This document shows, piece after piece, positions 25,401 through 38,030 of a stretch of 64,000 bases of DNA. The translations under genes and the position numbers were made by a program. This DNA comes from Ginglymostoma cirratum (taxonomy: Eukaryota): contig JAHRHZ010000022.1 in assembly GCA_024137785.1 (NCBI GenBank), forward strand, positions 32,275,660 through 32,339,659, given 5' to 3'. Numbering within the stretch: the first letter of the stretch is position 1; the number at the start of each line of letters is the position of its first letter. Below the pieces are notes generated by a model, which ran no database searches, was not told where the DNA came from, and worked only from the letters and a program-made list of their open reading frames with translations.

Positions 25401-25740
25401 TTTGCAGTGAGAGCAAGAATTTTGTACCTGTTGGTCAAGGGCACTGGCTGAGGCTTCTCTAAAGTTAAGCTCTAGATGCCAATTTACATGCCATTCCCTC
25501 CTGTTCCTGACCAAGGACAATAGCTCACTGCTGTTGCCCTTCACATACAGGTCTGCTGCTCCGGTGTGCTTCACAAATGACGCTGACCTGCCGTGCACTG
25601 CTCCAAGTCTCAATACAACAATGGAAGAGGCCACACATTCAAAGTTTGATTCAGCAAGCTTATGCAAAAGTGATCCATTTTCACTCCAGTGGTGTTCAAA
25701 CTTGGCATGGATTTCCAAAAATCTGTTTCATGCCTGAACC
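22421..25740 (-). mobile_element. CR1 LINE retaining ORF1 (esterase type), endonuclease and part of RT; internally deleted and degenerate
   Basis: 3' tail at 22421 (cataagaaaaaggtgcagg...gatcatggctgatc); minus ORF 24012-24194 FLEQYIAEP...ILHLV...DTLGAGDHNMVEF (APE endonuclease); ORF1 ggtaatcctgaaattattacc = VIISGL on minus ~25055-25075. Confidence 0.85.
24823..24860. repeat. Short tandem triplication (~12-13 bp unit gtctacaaccct) within the CR1
   Basis: gtctacaaaacca gtctacaaccct gtctacaaccct. Confidence 0.8.
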
Positions 25741-26544
25741 CTGGAGGTGAACAAGAAATAGCTGCAATGAGATGGTAGGGAATGAAATCAAACAAACCAA
25801 AACACCCACTCGCAAACCTATCAGAATTGTATGGTGCATATACTGCATCTCTCAAACAATTCACTCGATTGAATTGTTTTCTTTTGCAGGTTAAGTTCAC
25901 TGTAATACAGCAGGAAGATAGTGCAACTGCTGTTGGATCAGTTCAGTGATATTTAGATGATCTGCCACCATTTGGGTGTGGGGGTCGGGGAGAGGGTGGT
26001 GGGAAACCAGGGGAGTTGATGATCTTTCTGCCTGAAGTAACTAAATTGGAGTGTCAGATGCCAGAATTACATTTTATTTCTAATATGTTGGCCTGCCGAC
26101 TTGGTGCGTACTGAACTAAATCCAGTGAATGTAAATGACACCATATTCTCAACTAGAGCAGCTACTTTGTAAGAGATTAAACATGCAATCACACCTACTC
26201 AAAGCTTTTTTAAAAATTTTCACACTGTTTTTATTTTGTATATGAAAAGAGAAATCTGCATTTCTTGTTTGCAAAAATTATTAAAAGAACCAGTGTTTTG
26301 GGGAAAATATAGCTTTTAATGCTTCAGAAACTCTTCAGCATGATTTGAATGCAAGTGGCTTGAAGTGATAAATGTGCTTGCTCCGCTTCTCCTAATGACT
26401 GTATCTCATATGTTACTAACTTGATGGCCAGGGCACATAATATGCTAAATACTTCATATGTTGCTATCCGTAGGAAGCTGGTCTCTTCGCATGTACTGCG
26501 TGGACACAAGCCATTGTCTTTTTAATATTCGCCCATGAGTAACC

Positions 26545-27380
26545 ATCACAGATTGACAAAATTGTTGCAGCACAGGAGGGTGTGGTTCTGCATTAAATGA
26601 GCAGTTCAGGTGCTGCCATTTTCCCATTTTCTGCCTGTAGTCCTGTGCGTTCTTCTTGTCAAATAAAAGCCTTATTCTTTTCTCAATGCCTAGACTGAAC
26701 CTGCTTCCACCACATTCTCAGGCATGGCATCCCAGTCCATATCCACATGCTGCACAAAAATGTTTTCTCGTCGTATCTCTTTTTTTTTTGCTGCTTTTAC
26801 CACTATGTTTAAATATCTTGCTCTCGATCTTTTCTCGAGAGGGAACAGCTTCTCCCTACCTACTCTTTCCACATGCTTTGTGATTTTTGAATAGTGAACC
26901 TTCTCTGAACTGCCTGCAATGAAATGATATATTTATTTAAAGAATTGCTCACAGTACTCCAGATGTTGTCTCACCAGCACATTGTACAGTTGCAGTAGGG
27001 CTTCCCTATTCTTGTACACCAACCCCCTTGTCATAAGCGCTAAACATTCCTTTAGTCTGATTGCCCGCTGCACCTGAGTGCTAACTTTGCTGAGCTTAAT
27101 GCACAAGTACTCCCAAGTTCCATTTTTGTGTTGCAGCTTTCTGCAATTTTCATTCATGTTCTTTTGTTCTCTCTTCCAAAATGAACAATGTCAAATTTTC
27201 CCACATCATACACCATATGCCAATTCTTGCCCGTTTATTTTGCCTGTCAGTGTTTCTTGTGAATTGTTGGCATCCCTCTTGCAACTTGCATCTATCCTTG
27301 ACTGCAAATTAGGCTTTAGTATATTCACTTCCTTCCTCCAAGTCATTAATGGATGTTGTAAAGAGTTTCATCTTAACCAT
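26545..27380 (-). mobile_element. CR1 LINE RT C-terminus and 3' end
   Basis: Minus ORFs 26690-26872 (RVGREKLFPL) and 26933-27157 (RGLVYKNREALLQLYNVLVRQHLEYCEQF). Confidence 0.85.
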
Positions 27381-27384
27381 TCTT

Positions 27385-30300
27385 TGTCCAAGGAAAGGTC
27401 TCCTAACTTTTTCAAACAATCTTCACAGTTTGGTTTCATAGATGAGGACTATCTTCTTATGAATCTTTTGTGCACCCTCTCCAACAAAATGTGGATTTAG
27501 AGCAGCAGCAGGCCATTGGTTCGTTGAACCTTCTGCGCATTTCTTAAGATCATGGCTGACCTGTTTGTGTTCTGAAAGGCACACTTCCATTTATCTTCAG
27601 TAACTTTTCATTCCTTGCCGAACAAGAATCCTCCTCAGTCCTAAAAATCTTCAATGATCCTACTTCTACTGCCTTCTGAGGCAGAGAGTTCCAAAGTCCC
27701 TCAACCCTCTGAGACACAAATATTCCCCTCATCTCAGTCCTAAAAGGGTGGCCCCTAAAAGTCCTCCCTGAAGTGCAGTGCGTAGAACTGAATGCAAGTC
27801 TCCAGCAAAGACTAAACTAGCATCCTGTGCAAGTAATAGCAACACCTTGTTCTTGTACTGTATGTCCCTGTTAATAACATCCCAAATACTATATACTATA
27901 CTAATTGCTCTCTGTCCATAACTTATGTTCATCTATGCCAAGGTTCCTCTATTGTTCTTGCTGCAAAATGAATCACTTTGCATTGAACTTCATCTGCAAT
28001 TGTCTGTGCATTACATCAACTTGTCAATATCCTTTTCAAATTCTACACTGCTCTCCTTACAGTTGAGTGTTCTGAAGTTCGGTGTCTTCTGCAAATTTTG
28101 AAATTGTGCCCTGTAGGTCAAGGTCGAGGTCATCATTATTGAAACATGATTTTCCCTGAAGAAATACCTGCTGACATTTTTGTTAATCCACCCTTGTCAA
28201 TACGCCAGTTAATTGTGTGCCATATTGTTGGTTCTGGAAGCCCCATTCTTACAAAATTTACATTAACTGGCCTGCAGTTTCTGGGTTTATCCTAGTGCCT
28301 TTTTATTTTGAGTTGTAATGTTTGCAAATCTCCAATCCCATGGCATCACCTCTGAATCTGAGAAAGGCTGAAAAATTGCGGCTGGTTCTTCTTTAATTTC
28401 TACTCTACCTTACCTCAATATCCTTTGAATGCATCTCCTCTGGTTCTGGTACCTTGTCTTCTTTAACTATAGACAGCTTTTCCAATACCAGCTCCTTATT
28501 GATTGTAAACCATTCTCATGTCTAACTGTCCTCCTCTTTCACTATGGCTGGAATAGCATCATCTTCCTTACTAAAGACATTTTGCAAAGTATTTGTTTTT
28601 AATACCACAGTTATGCCCTCTGACTCCATGTGTAAATCCCCTCTTCGTTCCTATTTGTCTCTATTCCCCTTTTCATCACTCTCTTTTTATACACTTAGGG
28701 GAGACATTGCAATTCTCTTTTTTATTGACTGCCTGTTTTTCCTAACTCTCATTGTTTGCTTCTTTCACTTGTATTTCTGCCTCTTCTTTGAACTTCCAAT
28801 ATTCAGCCTGGTTCTCATCTGTATTTTCTACCTGAGATAGTAGGAACTGCAGATGCTGGAGAATCCGAGATAACAAGGCGTGGGGCTGGATGAACACAGC
28901 AGGCCAAGCAGCATCAGAGGAGCAGGAAAGCTGACGTTTCGGGCCTAGACCCTTCTTCCGGCTCTACACCTTGTTGTCCTTGTATTTTCTGCCTTATGGG
29001 TATCATAAAAACACTTATTCCTCTTTAACTCAATTTCTATCTCTTTTGTCATGCATGGAGCTCTGACTTTGTTTACCGTACCTTTTTCTTTCGAGGCCTT
29101 GACAGTGCCTGAATTATCTTGTTCCTTAAAAGTAAACCATTGGTCAATTATAATGTTTCCTGTCGACTTTTGACTGCGATATTTATTTGGTCCAGATCCA
29201 TTCTTACCTCCCTGAAGTTTTAATTTCTCTAGTAAAGTATTCTTACTCTAGATATTTCTGTTTTGTCCTTTTCCACAGTGAACCTAAATCTCATTACACA
29301 ATGATCACTGGCTTCTACATGTTCTCCAATTGACATTTGTTCCACTTCATTCCCAAGGATGAGGTCTAGCAGTGCCTCCTTTCTTATTTAAGCACATGGG
29401 TGCCAAACTTCTTCCTGGTTACATTCTAGAAACTCTTGCTCCTCAGCCCCCTGTCCATTGTTCCTATACCAGCCTCTATTCGGATAATTCAAGTCTTACA
29501 CTACCTTTTGCACGTCTGTTGCATGGCATTGTTCTGCCAATTATTTTCTTCTACGTCCTTCCCACTGGTGATCTACGCACAACACTGACCAATTACACGT
29601 TATTCATGATGTAGCTGTCGCCAGATAGACATTCTTGTCCTTTTTGGGATATCCTCACTCTCCAGTACTCCAATGACCTTAATACTGCCACCTGTCCCTT
29701 TTTTGTTCCTCTCCCTGAACACTTTGTATCCAGGAATATGTAAACCCAACCCTCCCTTTCTTTGAGGCAAGTCTCTGTAACAGACACAACATTGTGTTTT
29801 CACCTGACAATCTGCAACTATAACTCACCAATCTTATTTATCACACGCCATGAATTCCCGTACATGTGCAGCCACCCTGATTTAGATCTTATTCATTTCT
29901 CCTGACTCTGATTCCACCCTATTGACTTAGTATTCTTTTAATTCTAGTGCTGTCTATCCTTACCAGTATTTTGTGCACCTTGGTACTGGGGGTCTTTATT
30001 CAGATCTTCCCGATAGCTCTACCAAAATGCCTCACGAGGAGCCTGGCGCAGTGCTATTCGGATGCAACTGGTCTGCCCTGTAACAGTCTAATCTACCCCA
30101 GAGCCAGTCCCAACAAACTGAAGCCCTCTTTTCTACGCTACCTTTACAGCTACATGTTCACCTGCTTTCTTCACATATTGCTATACTCACTTGTGGCACT
30201 GGGATAATCTGAAGATTACTACTTTTTAATACTGCTTGCTAATTTCCACCCTATTTTGAGCGCAGGATCACATCTTTCTTTTTGCCTGTGTCATCTGTAC

Positions 30301-30900
30301 CAGTGTGGACCAGGATGTTGGCTGCTCCCGCCAGTATAGGGTGTTCTGCAGCTGCTCAGTGATAACCTTGAACTGGCTCCTAGATTCATGTCTGTGGCTA
30401 CAGAAACACCTGTCTACTCCCCTAACTATCAGATTCCCCACCCCGACTTCACTTCCCGTTTTCCCTCCACCCTCTTATGTCTGAGCCACCTGTGGTGCTG
30501 TTGACTTGGCTTTGGAGGGACTCCCAGGTAAGCCATCATATTCAGAAAAGAATACAGGTTGAAGAGTAGGGTGCACTTCTAAACTACCTGCCTTTTCCTT
30601 TTTGACTTCTTGGTGGCCGCCAGCTCCCCTTCTCTTCCTGCATACCCTAAAATTGCACGGTAACCAGATCCAAAAATGAAGTTTTCAACTGCAGTGATGC
30701 CAGCTGAGCTCAAGCTGCTGAAACTGAAGGCATTTCCTGTACAGATGGCTATCTGGAACATGGAAACTGTTCTGGCATTCCCACATAGCACAGAATGTGT
30801 ACTGTAGAGGTCAGAGCAACTCTGCAGTTTCTTTATTTATTAACATTGCTCCTACTAACAAACCAGTAAAGTTTATCAATCCTACTGAACCGTGCTATGC
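27385..30900 (-). mobile_element. CR1 LINE(s): long degenerate copy with RT, endonuclease and ORF1, plus a separate CR1 3' fragment at ~27495-27760
   Basis: Minus ORF 27550-27732 FVSQRVEGLWNSLPQKAVE; 29593-29803 VTETCLKE..GW / LHIPGYKVFR (endonuclease N-terminus); ORF1 remnants ~30050-30800 (ggataatctgaagattact = VIFRLS-like). Confidence 0.8.
28834..28980. mobile_element. PLE-derived short element (long left arm, truncated inverted right arm) inserted in CR1 with 14-bp TSD
   Basis: Starts gagatagtaggaactgcagatgctggagaatccgagataacaagg; ends with the inverted tip gctctacaccttgttgtcc; flanked by tgtattttctacct 28820-28833 and tgtattttctgcct 28981-28994. Confidence 0.88.
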
Positions 30901-31874
30901 AATAAATTACTAATATTGATAAATCCTACTGACACATTTACTCGCAGTAATCTCCCCAGTATCAATTTAAACCACTGCCCCAATTACACAGGGGAAAAAA
31001 AACTTAAAACTCACCAACTACTCATCTACCCATTCACTTTAGTCATGCTTTCAGTCTTCAGATCTTGTCCTGCTGTTGGACTCTGGCTGTTTCTCTTGGT
31101 CTACTCTTTTTATCTTAAGGGTCAAAACTGCACCTCCTCCTTTACAAATTCGTATTCCGTGACAGACCGCTGTCTTCCTGCATTCTTACCGTGTGCAAGA
31201 CCCAATATTGTTACTGATTGAAGTTTAACAGAGGTAAATGAGCACTGCTGGCTTGAGAAACCAGTTCAAACCAGCTACCTAATTATCTAACTGTAGCAAT
31301 CTCTCCAGGAGCTTGTTTATCTCTAACAAAGACAGGAAGAAACTTTAACAGTACATTGTGGTTAAATGCTAAATGCAAATGAGACCAAATTTTAAAGAGA
31401 GGTTAATTTTTTAAAGTTCACTCACTCACCACATTCCCAAGCTTACACTCTATATGTCGCAATTGGAAATATTTGCAAGTTTTGGGGACTTTGGTGCAGT
31501 GGAATTTCTTCTCAACTCTGATACTTCCTGATTGCATCCAAAATTCTCATTCAGACATGTTGGTGTATTGTGGACGCTTCCTAAACTTCCTACTGCTACT
31601 GAGAAACCTGGTTCAGCAAGAAAAAGGTAGCGTTGCAATGTGCCAGTACAGCACCTTACCAAACTGGAAGTTGAGGTGTTGTGCCAGCCGAATTGCCTGA
31701 AATCGTTAAACCAGCCAATGGTTTGCTGCTTTTATTAATGGCAATTTAGAGGGGAGTTTGATCTTTCCCGTAGAAATTGAGCCCACTTTGTCAGCCTCAA
31801 AACAGGGCTTATGGTACATGCAATTGTACAGTAAAATGGCACCAATGGGATATCAGATCGATAATAGCATTGCG

Positions 31875-32490
31875 TTCAGCCCAACTCTCTCATTAATATT
31901 CATGTGAAAGAGCATTCATAACTGAACTTGTACATTAACTTCACTTTTTCTGCACAATCTCTACATTCATTATTTCCTTTACTACCCGAAAAATCCATCT
32001 GAGAAATAAATATCTTCATCAAATGAGCATCCACAGTCTTCCTCAATAGAGAATTCCAAAGACTGTCAATCCTTTGAAGACATTTCTCCTCATCACCAGT
32101 CCTAAATGATTGACCCCTTATCCTGAGACTGTGAACTTTAGTTCTAGATACTGTGCCAGGGGAGCAACCGCTCAGCATCTGCCCGATAAAACTCTCAAGA
32201 AACTTGAATTATTTTGGTCAGATCACCTTTCATTTTTTTGAAATTCTGGAGGATATACTTGCAGCTAAACAACCTCATCCCAAAGGATAGTGCTCTCACT
32301 GCAAAATCAATCTTGTGAATCTTTTATGTGTGCTCTAAGGCTAGTATATCCTGCCTTGGTTAAGGAATCCAAGCTGTACATAATCTTCAAGTGCAGTCTC
32401 ACCGAAACCAAACATAATTGTAGTGAGACTTCCTGATGCTTGAGTTGCAACTTCTAAATAAAATCTAACGTCATTACCGTACAAACAACA
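31875..32490 (-). mobile_element. CR1 LINE 3' end
   Basis: Minus ORF 31900-32178 SRTKVHSLRIRGQSFRT...LWNSLLRKTVDA. Confidence 0.8.
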
Positions 32491-32754
32491 AATGCAGGTT
32501 CACTGGTTCCCACTTTGTGAAATTTTGAATGTAAGAATGAAATACAATCCAGTAGAAACTGGACCCCACAGCAAATTCCTCCCATAACTATCCAAATAGG
32601 GAGGTCCTTCACCAAGACAGCTGCAGTAATGTTATGGCTCAGATTCAATTCAATTGAACATTAAATAATTGTAAAAAATATGAATTGTAAATTGTGGAGG
32701 AATTAAAAATGCGGTTGTTCATACATGCAAATTTGTGCAGACTGTAAAGAAAGG

Positions 32755-32900
32755 AGGAAGTTGGAATTCATGTCATCCCCAAGTGTTTTTTACTTATGAA
32801 GTGAAGTCGTGATCTGCACAGCCAGATTGTTAAAGTAGGACCAGATAATCAGTTTTTCATGCTGTTATCTCAGGGAGGAATGCTGGCCAGGCCACATGTG
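32755..32900 (-). mobile_element. DeuSINE-like fragment
   Basis: gtcatccccaagtgtttt...ctgcacagccagat...gaccagataatcagtttt...gggaggaatgctggccagg. Confidence 0.5.
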
Positions 32901-33169
32901 TTTACTGAATTCTTTGATTTAATGCTTTTACAAGTGAATCAGTTTGCATCAGCCTAATATTGCGATTAAAATCATAAGGCCCCATTGGCGGGAGGGAAAT
33001 TTCCTTGGGCCACATTCACTCTCTTGGTAGAGTCATAGCGGATAACACATCAGATAAATTACGTTGTTGAAAAAGTTCAACCAGATTTCATAAATATGTG
33101 GTATGCCACTAAATCATTCATAGCACGCTCCTTAGCATCGGATCATTCGGTTCACATGAGCCGTTGGGA

Positions 33170-35668
33170 GAGAGCACGTTGCGAGTAAGACACAGTCAGT
33201 GTGTGTGTATTTTTGGGAATTTGGAGCACAGTGGGGAATTTGGTGCAGAGGGAGGGAGCGCTTTTTGCCATTTGCTTTTTTTTTTGTGGTTTATGTAAGA
33301 GCGATATTCTGTGGTAATGAGGACCAAGGAGTAAGGGCCCGAGATTAATTGATTTTACCGAATATGATACATCTTCCTAAAGGTTTAATTTGAAGGGATA
33401 AGTCACGGCAGAGTGCTAGTTTGCCCTTCCTGCTCTACGTAAGAAGTGCGGCAAATTGCTAGTGCCAGGGGTCAGCATGTGTGCAGGAGGTGTCTCCAGC
33501 AGCAGCTTTTGGAAGCTTAAGGTTTGGAGCTGGACTTGCTGGCTGGGGACACAGTGGAGCATCTGTGAGGTATTTTGATGGCTGCTGGCCAGCTGAGACT
33601 CCACATGCAGGAGGGGAATGGGTGACCACCAGGCAGAGCAAGAGCACTATTCAGGCAGTGCAAGAGTCTCCTGTGGCTATTCCCCTGCAAAGCAGATCTC
33701 CTGTTGAAGGGAATGGCCTCTCAGGGAAAGCAGCAACAGCCATATTCATTGCACTAAGGTTGGCTCTGCTTCACAGGAGAATAATAAGTGTGGTAATGCA
33801 ATAGCTCTTGGGGATTCAATTTAAGGGAAAAGACAGGCATTTCTGTAGCGGCAAACAAGACTCGAAGGTGGTGCCAGGGTCAAGCATGTGTCAGACCAGC
33901 TACAGGACAAACTGTGTAGGGAGGGTGAACAGCCAGTGGCCATTGGTATAAAACACATAGGCTTTTAAAAAAAAAAGGAATGAAATCCTGAAAGCAGAAC
34001 AGAGAGAGTTAGGAAATAAATTGGAAAGTAGTACCTCAAAGGTAGTGATCTCAGGATTACTACCAGTGCCACATGCTAGATAGAATAGAAGTAGCAGGAT
34101 ATATCAGATGAACATACAGCTGATGAGGTGGTGAAAGGAGGAATGTTTCAGATTCTCCTTGTTGGGATCAGCACAAACTCGGCTGGTAACACGTGGGCAG
34201 GACTGCAACTGATCTCCCGGGGGAATATTTGCTCGAGTGGTTAGGGAAGCTTGAAGCTGAAATGGAAGGGGCCTAGGAACCTATTGAGGGAGTCAGAGGA
34301 AGGAGAATCAGGGACAAGAACAAAAGACAGAAGGGGGAATAGGAAAAGTGATGGACCCAGAAATCAAGGGTCAGGATCAAACAGGGTTGCAGTGAAAAAT
34401 AATGGGAACGGAATGAGTAATGTTAAAAAGACAAGCCTCAAGGCTTTGTGCCTTAAATTTAGAGTATTTGCAATAAAGTGGATTAATTAATTGCGCAACT
34501 AGATGAAAACATGGATGATATGGTCAGTATTGTAGAGACATGAGTGACCAGAGATGGGAACTGATTATCCAGGGGTTTTCAGTATTTGGGAGGAAAAGGC
34601 AATAGAGTGGCTAAAGAGGAAATTAGCACAGTTGTGAAGAAGTATGTTAGTTCTGATGATGTAGAATTTGTGTGAGTCCATTATAAAAAGTTTAACGGCC
34701 GAGCACTTCGAAAACCATGGCAGGATCAGACTGAGTCAGCATGGATTTACGAAAGGGAAATCGTGCTTGACAGATCTACTGCAATTCTTTTTGAGGATGG
34801 AACTTGTGGAGTTGGAGATGGGGAACCAGTGGATGTGGTTTATTTAGACTTTTAGAAATCTTTCGACAGAGTCCCATGTAAGAAACTAGCTTGAAAAATG
34901 AAAGCATACAGGATTGGGGGTCATGTGTTGGGATTGATTGATAGAAAACTGATTGTTTTCTGTCTGTCAAAGAGTAGGGAGAAGCAGCTTTTTCTGTGAA
35001 CGGCAGGCAGTTACTAGTGGGCTAGCACAGGGATCCGTGTTAGGACTCCAACAACTCCCAACATGTATTCATGATTTGGATGAAGGAACTACATGTAATA
35101 TTTCCAAATTTGCAGATGATACAAAGCTAAGTGGGTGGGTGAGCTGTGAATGCACAGATGCTTCAATGTGATCTGAGGAAGGATGCTCTTGCTGTTGAAA
35201 GTGCAGTGGAAGTTTACTAGACTGATTTCTGAGATGGCAGGGCTGACTTCTGAGGAGAGACTGATTTGCTCTGGATTCTATTAACTGGAGTTTAAGGAAA
35301 TGAGGGGCATTTCATAGAAACATATAAGATTCTAACAGGACTAGGCTGGAAAATGCCGGGAAGATGTTTCCAGTAGTGGAGGAGTCCAGAACCGGTGGTC
35401 ACAGTCTAAAGGTACAGGGTCAACAATTTAGGACTGAGACGAGGATAAACTTCTTCACCCAGAGAGTGGTGAGCCTGTGGAATTCATTACAACAGAATGG
35501 TCAAAATGTTCTATGTATTCGAGAAGGAGTTGGACTAAACTGATCAAAGAATAAGGGGGATAAAGCAGGAACAGACTTATGAGTTGAATGATCGACCATG
35601 ATCATAATGAATAGTGCAGCGGGGCCAAAAGGACCACTCGTGCTCCTATTTTCTCAGTTTCTATGATT
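33170..35668 (+). mobile_element. CR1 LINE with 5' UTR, esterase-type ORF1 and internally deleted ORF2
   Basis: ORF1: GDS at 33810-33818 (LGDSI..G.DRHFC), VVISGLLPVPHA 34042-34077; endonuclease start LKALCL ~34437; jump at ~34680 to RT QHGFTKGKSCLTDLLQFF, QGSVLG, KFADDTKL; 3' tail ccactcgtgctcctattttctcagtttctatg. Confidence 0.9.
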
Positions 35669-37621
35669 CATTACAGTGCCAATTGTGTCGGTGGATTTGA
35701 TCAATTTAGTTTAAAGAAATGAAGGAAAAAGGTAGGAGGGAAATACATTTAAAAGTTCAGTTTGCCACCGATAATTGGTGAAAGGTTTGCATTTCAACTT
35801 CTGAATAAGCCATAGTATAGCAGATGGGTCTGCTGAAGATCTCCTATTGTTCCCTGACTGTAGTCATTAGGAGCCAAAAGAGGCGCAAATTGACTAAGTG
35901 AACTGTAGCACAGACAACTCAGTTAATTCACTTCTGTTAAACAAGGTATTATTTCCAAAATACATTGTGCCGCAAAATAGACTGCAGTAAATAATATGTT
36001 TCGGGTGTATGCATATTGGAATAGCAACTGAATTCTGTTCATTTCGAGTTATGCCAGCTCTGTCAGCCAGAAAAGAAAAAGCACTAAATGTGAATACAAT
36101 CACTAATCAGTCCATGCGAGAGCCTTCAAATTTTGTAATGGCAGCAGACAAACACTAATTACAACAGCACAACTTCAAGAGAAAACTGTTTTCCTGATCC
36201 CAAAAAATATTTTCTCAGCAAATTTTAGGTCAGAAGACTAGAGTGGAACGTTGATGTTCATGACTGGTTGTGAATTTCCTCGTGTGGAAATTTGCTTTAG
36301 CTATTCTCAACCGTCCTTGCCTTCATACTGCTTGGAATGAAAGAGGAGTCAAGGTTTGGAACCCAGACTTATTCCCTTTGTTACATAAAATCTTGGCCTG
36401 CTGTTGAGATGTTTGAAACAGATGTACTGCAGTGCGCCTGTCAGGTCTAACTAGATAGGCGAATTTTTTGAAAATGTTCAACTGCGTGCTGCCAGTCTGA
36501 ACCTAGAATTGCACAGAGGTCAATTTGTGATCTTCTTGAAAGAAAAGCTAACTCAATAAATCAACATGTAGCAGGTCCCAGATCTCCAGGTTATGGTAGA
36601 AAGGGACTATATCGATTAAATTATTATAGCAGAGTTTATGTGCAAATGGTGCATTCCTGAATCACCCTGTTGACATTAAGGGTCACATTGGAATTTTCAG
36701 TACTTTTACAGAAATATTGAATGAATGAGTGAACTAATTAAATAAATGATTCTATAAACTCGAGGCACGTTTTCAGAAGGCTTGGAATTATTCTTAAGTA
36801 GCTATAAGCTGCCCAGGAGGTGCCTTAATAACAAACTATTTTTTTATTTTTGATCATGGTCAGAAAACTAAGAAGCTTTATTCTTTAATACTGTAGTGTT
36901 ATTCAAATACCACCAGGTGCTGCCAATGTCTAGGAGAGCTCTTTCAGTACTTTCAAGAGGTAGTGAGGTACAAAGATGCAACAAAAAGTAACATAATGAA
37001 GCATTTAATTAATTTACAAAGTTAAGAACAAAGACTCTTGGCAAGGATTAGTGCAGCAGGCAACATAAAATGCATAAGGACAAAACATGACTACAATTTT
37101 CTTATCACAGATTTATTCCAATAACAATTAGAGATATGAACTGCAAAATATGTAGTATGTATGAACATAAACCCCTGCTGGGCATCAGTGAAAGAGATTG
37201 AGTTGTTTAATTGCATCTATTTAAGGTGTACTCTCACATTCAAATTTAATTTATTATAATTATTTATTTCATGAAGCAGGCATGAGTCAAGTAATTAAAT
37301 TAAAGCTTCGCCTAGAGGTTATCTTGAGAGTTTGAGTACTTTCGATCATTTTCATAGAGAAGGAATGACAGAAGCAATTTCACTGCAGCAACTTCATAAA
37401 TGTGTTAGGTTAACACCATACCTTCAGTTAAGATTTTAACAAGCAGAACAGAAATTGTGCTCATTTATTCCGAAGGGAAGCCCCATAAGAGAGTCTTTTT
37501 TAACTGCTCTACTTGATGGTTCATTCAACATTATCAATTCACTTTAAAATGAGTGAAATTATGTGTAATTCCTCTAAATCTTACAAGAACTGGCTATTCC
37601 AAAGTTGATTATTCATGTATT

Positions 37622-38030
37622 GAACGTCAGCCTTGACTTAATAGCAACAATCTTGCATCAGGGCCAAAGATTATTGGTGGATGCTCAGTCCAGGGCTTAA
37701 ACAAAAGTTTAAATCGGCACTTCATTGTTGATTGTTAGAGTTGTTACCTTTTTGGCGAAGTCATTAAACCAATATCCAGATTGTCCTCTCAAGTAAAGAG
37801 CACGTGATGCCTTTTGAAGAAGAGTAGGAACATTGTTATCATGGTAATCATTTATCTCTGTGCTCATGCTCGTAAAAACCATTTTATGCTATGGCTGTTT
37901 TGGGGACCTTGCTATGTACAAATTGGCTGCAGTTCTTCCCTGTATTACATTTTGAAAGAACTTCTTCAGCTGTTAAATGAATTGAGATACCATGAGGTCA
38001 CGGAAGGCAGTATGTAAATACAATTTTTTT
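37622..38030 (+). mobile_element. DeuSINE/SacSINE1-like SINE, degenerate but near full length
   Basis: Deu-domain-like cattaaaccaatatccagattgtcctctcaagt...ttttgaagaagagtagg...ggctgtttttggggaccttgctatgtacaaattggctgc; tail gaggtcacggaaggcagtatgtaaatacaa. Confidence 0.7.

Noticed and set aside
25873-25950. Strong acceptor ttgttttcttttgcag
   Set aside because: All frames hit stops within 20 codons and no good donor follows.
27078-27500. Longest ORF (140 aa, +)
   Set aside because: Antisense to a CR1 RT fragment; Leu/Ser/Phe-rich composition typical of a shadow ORF.
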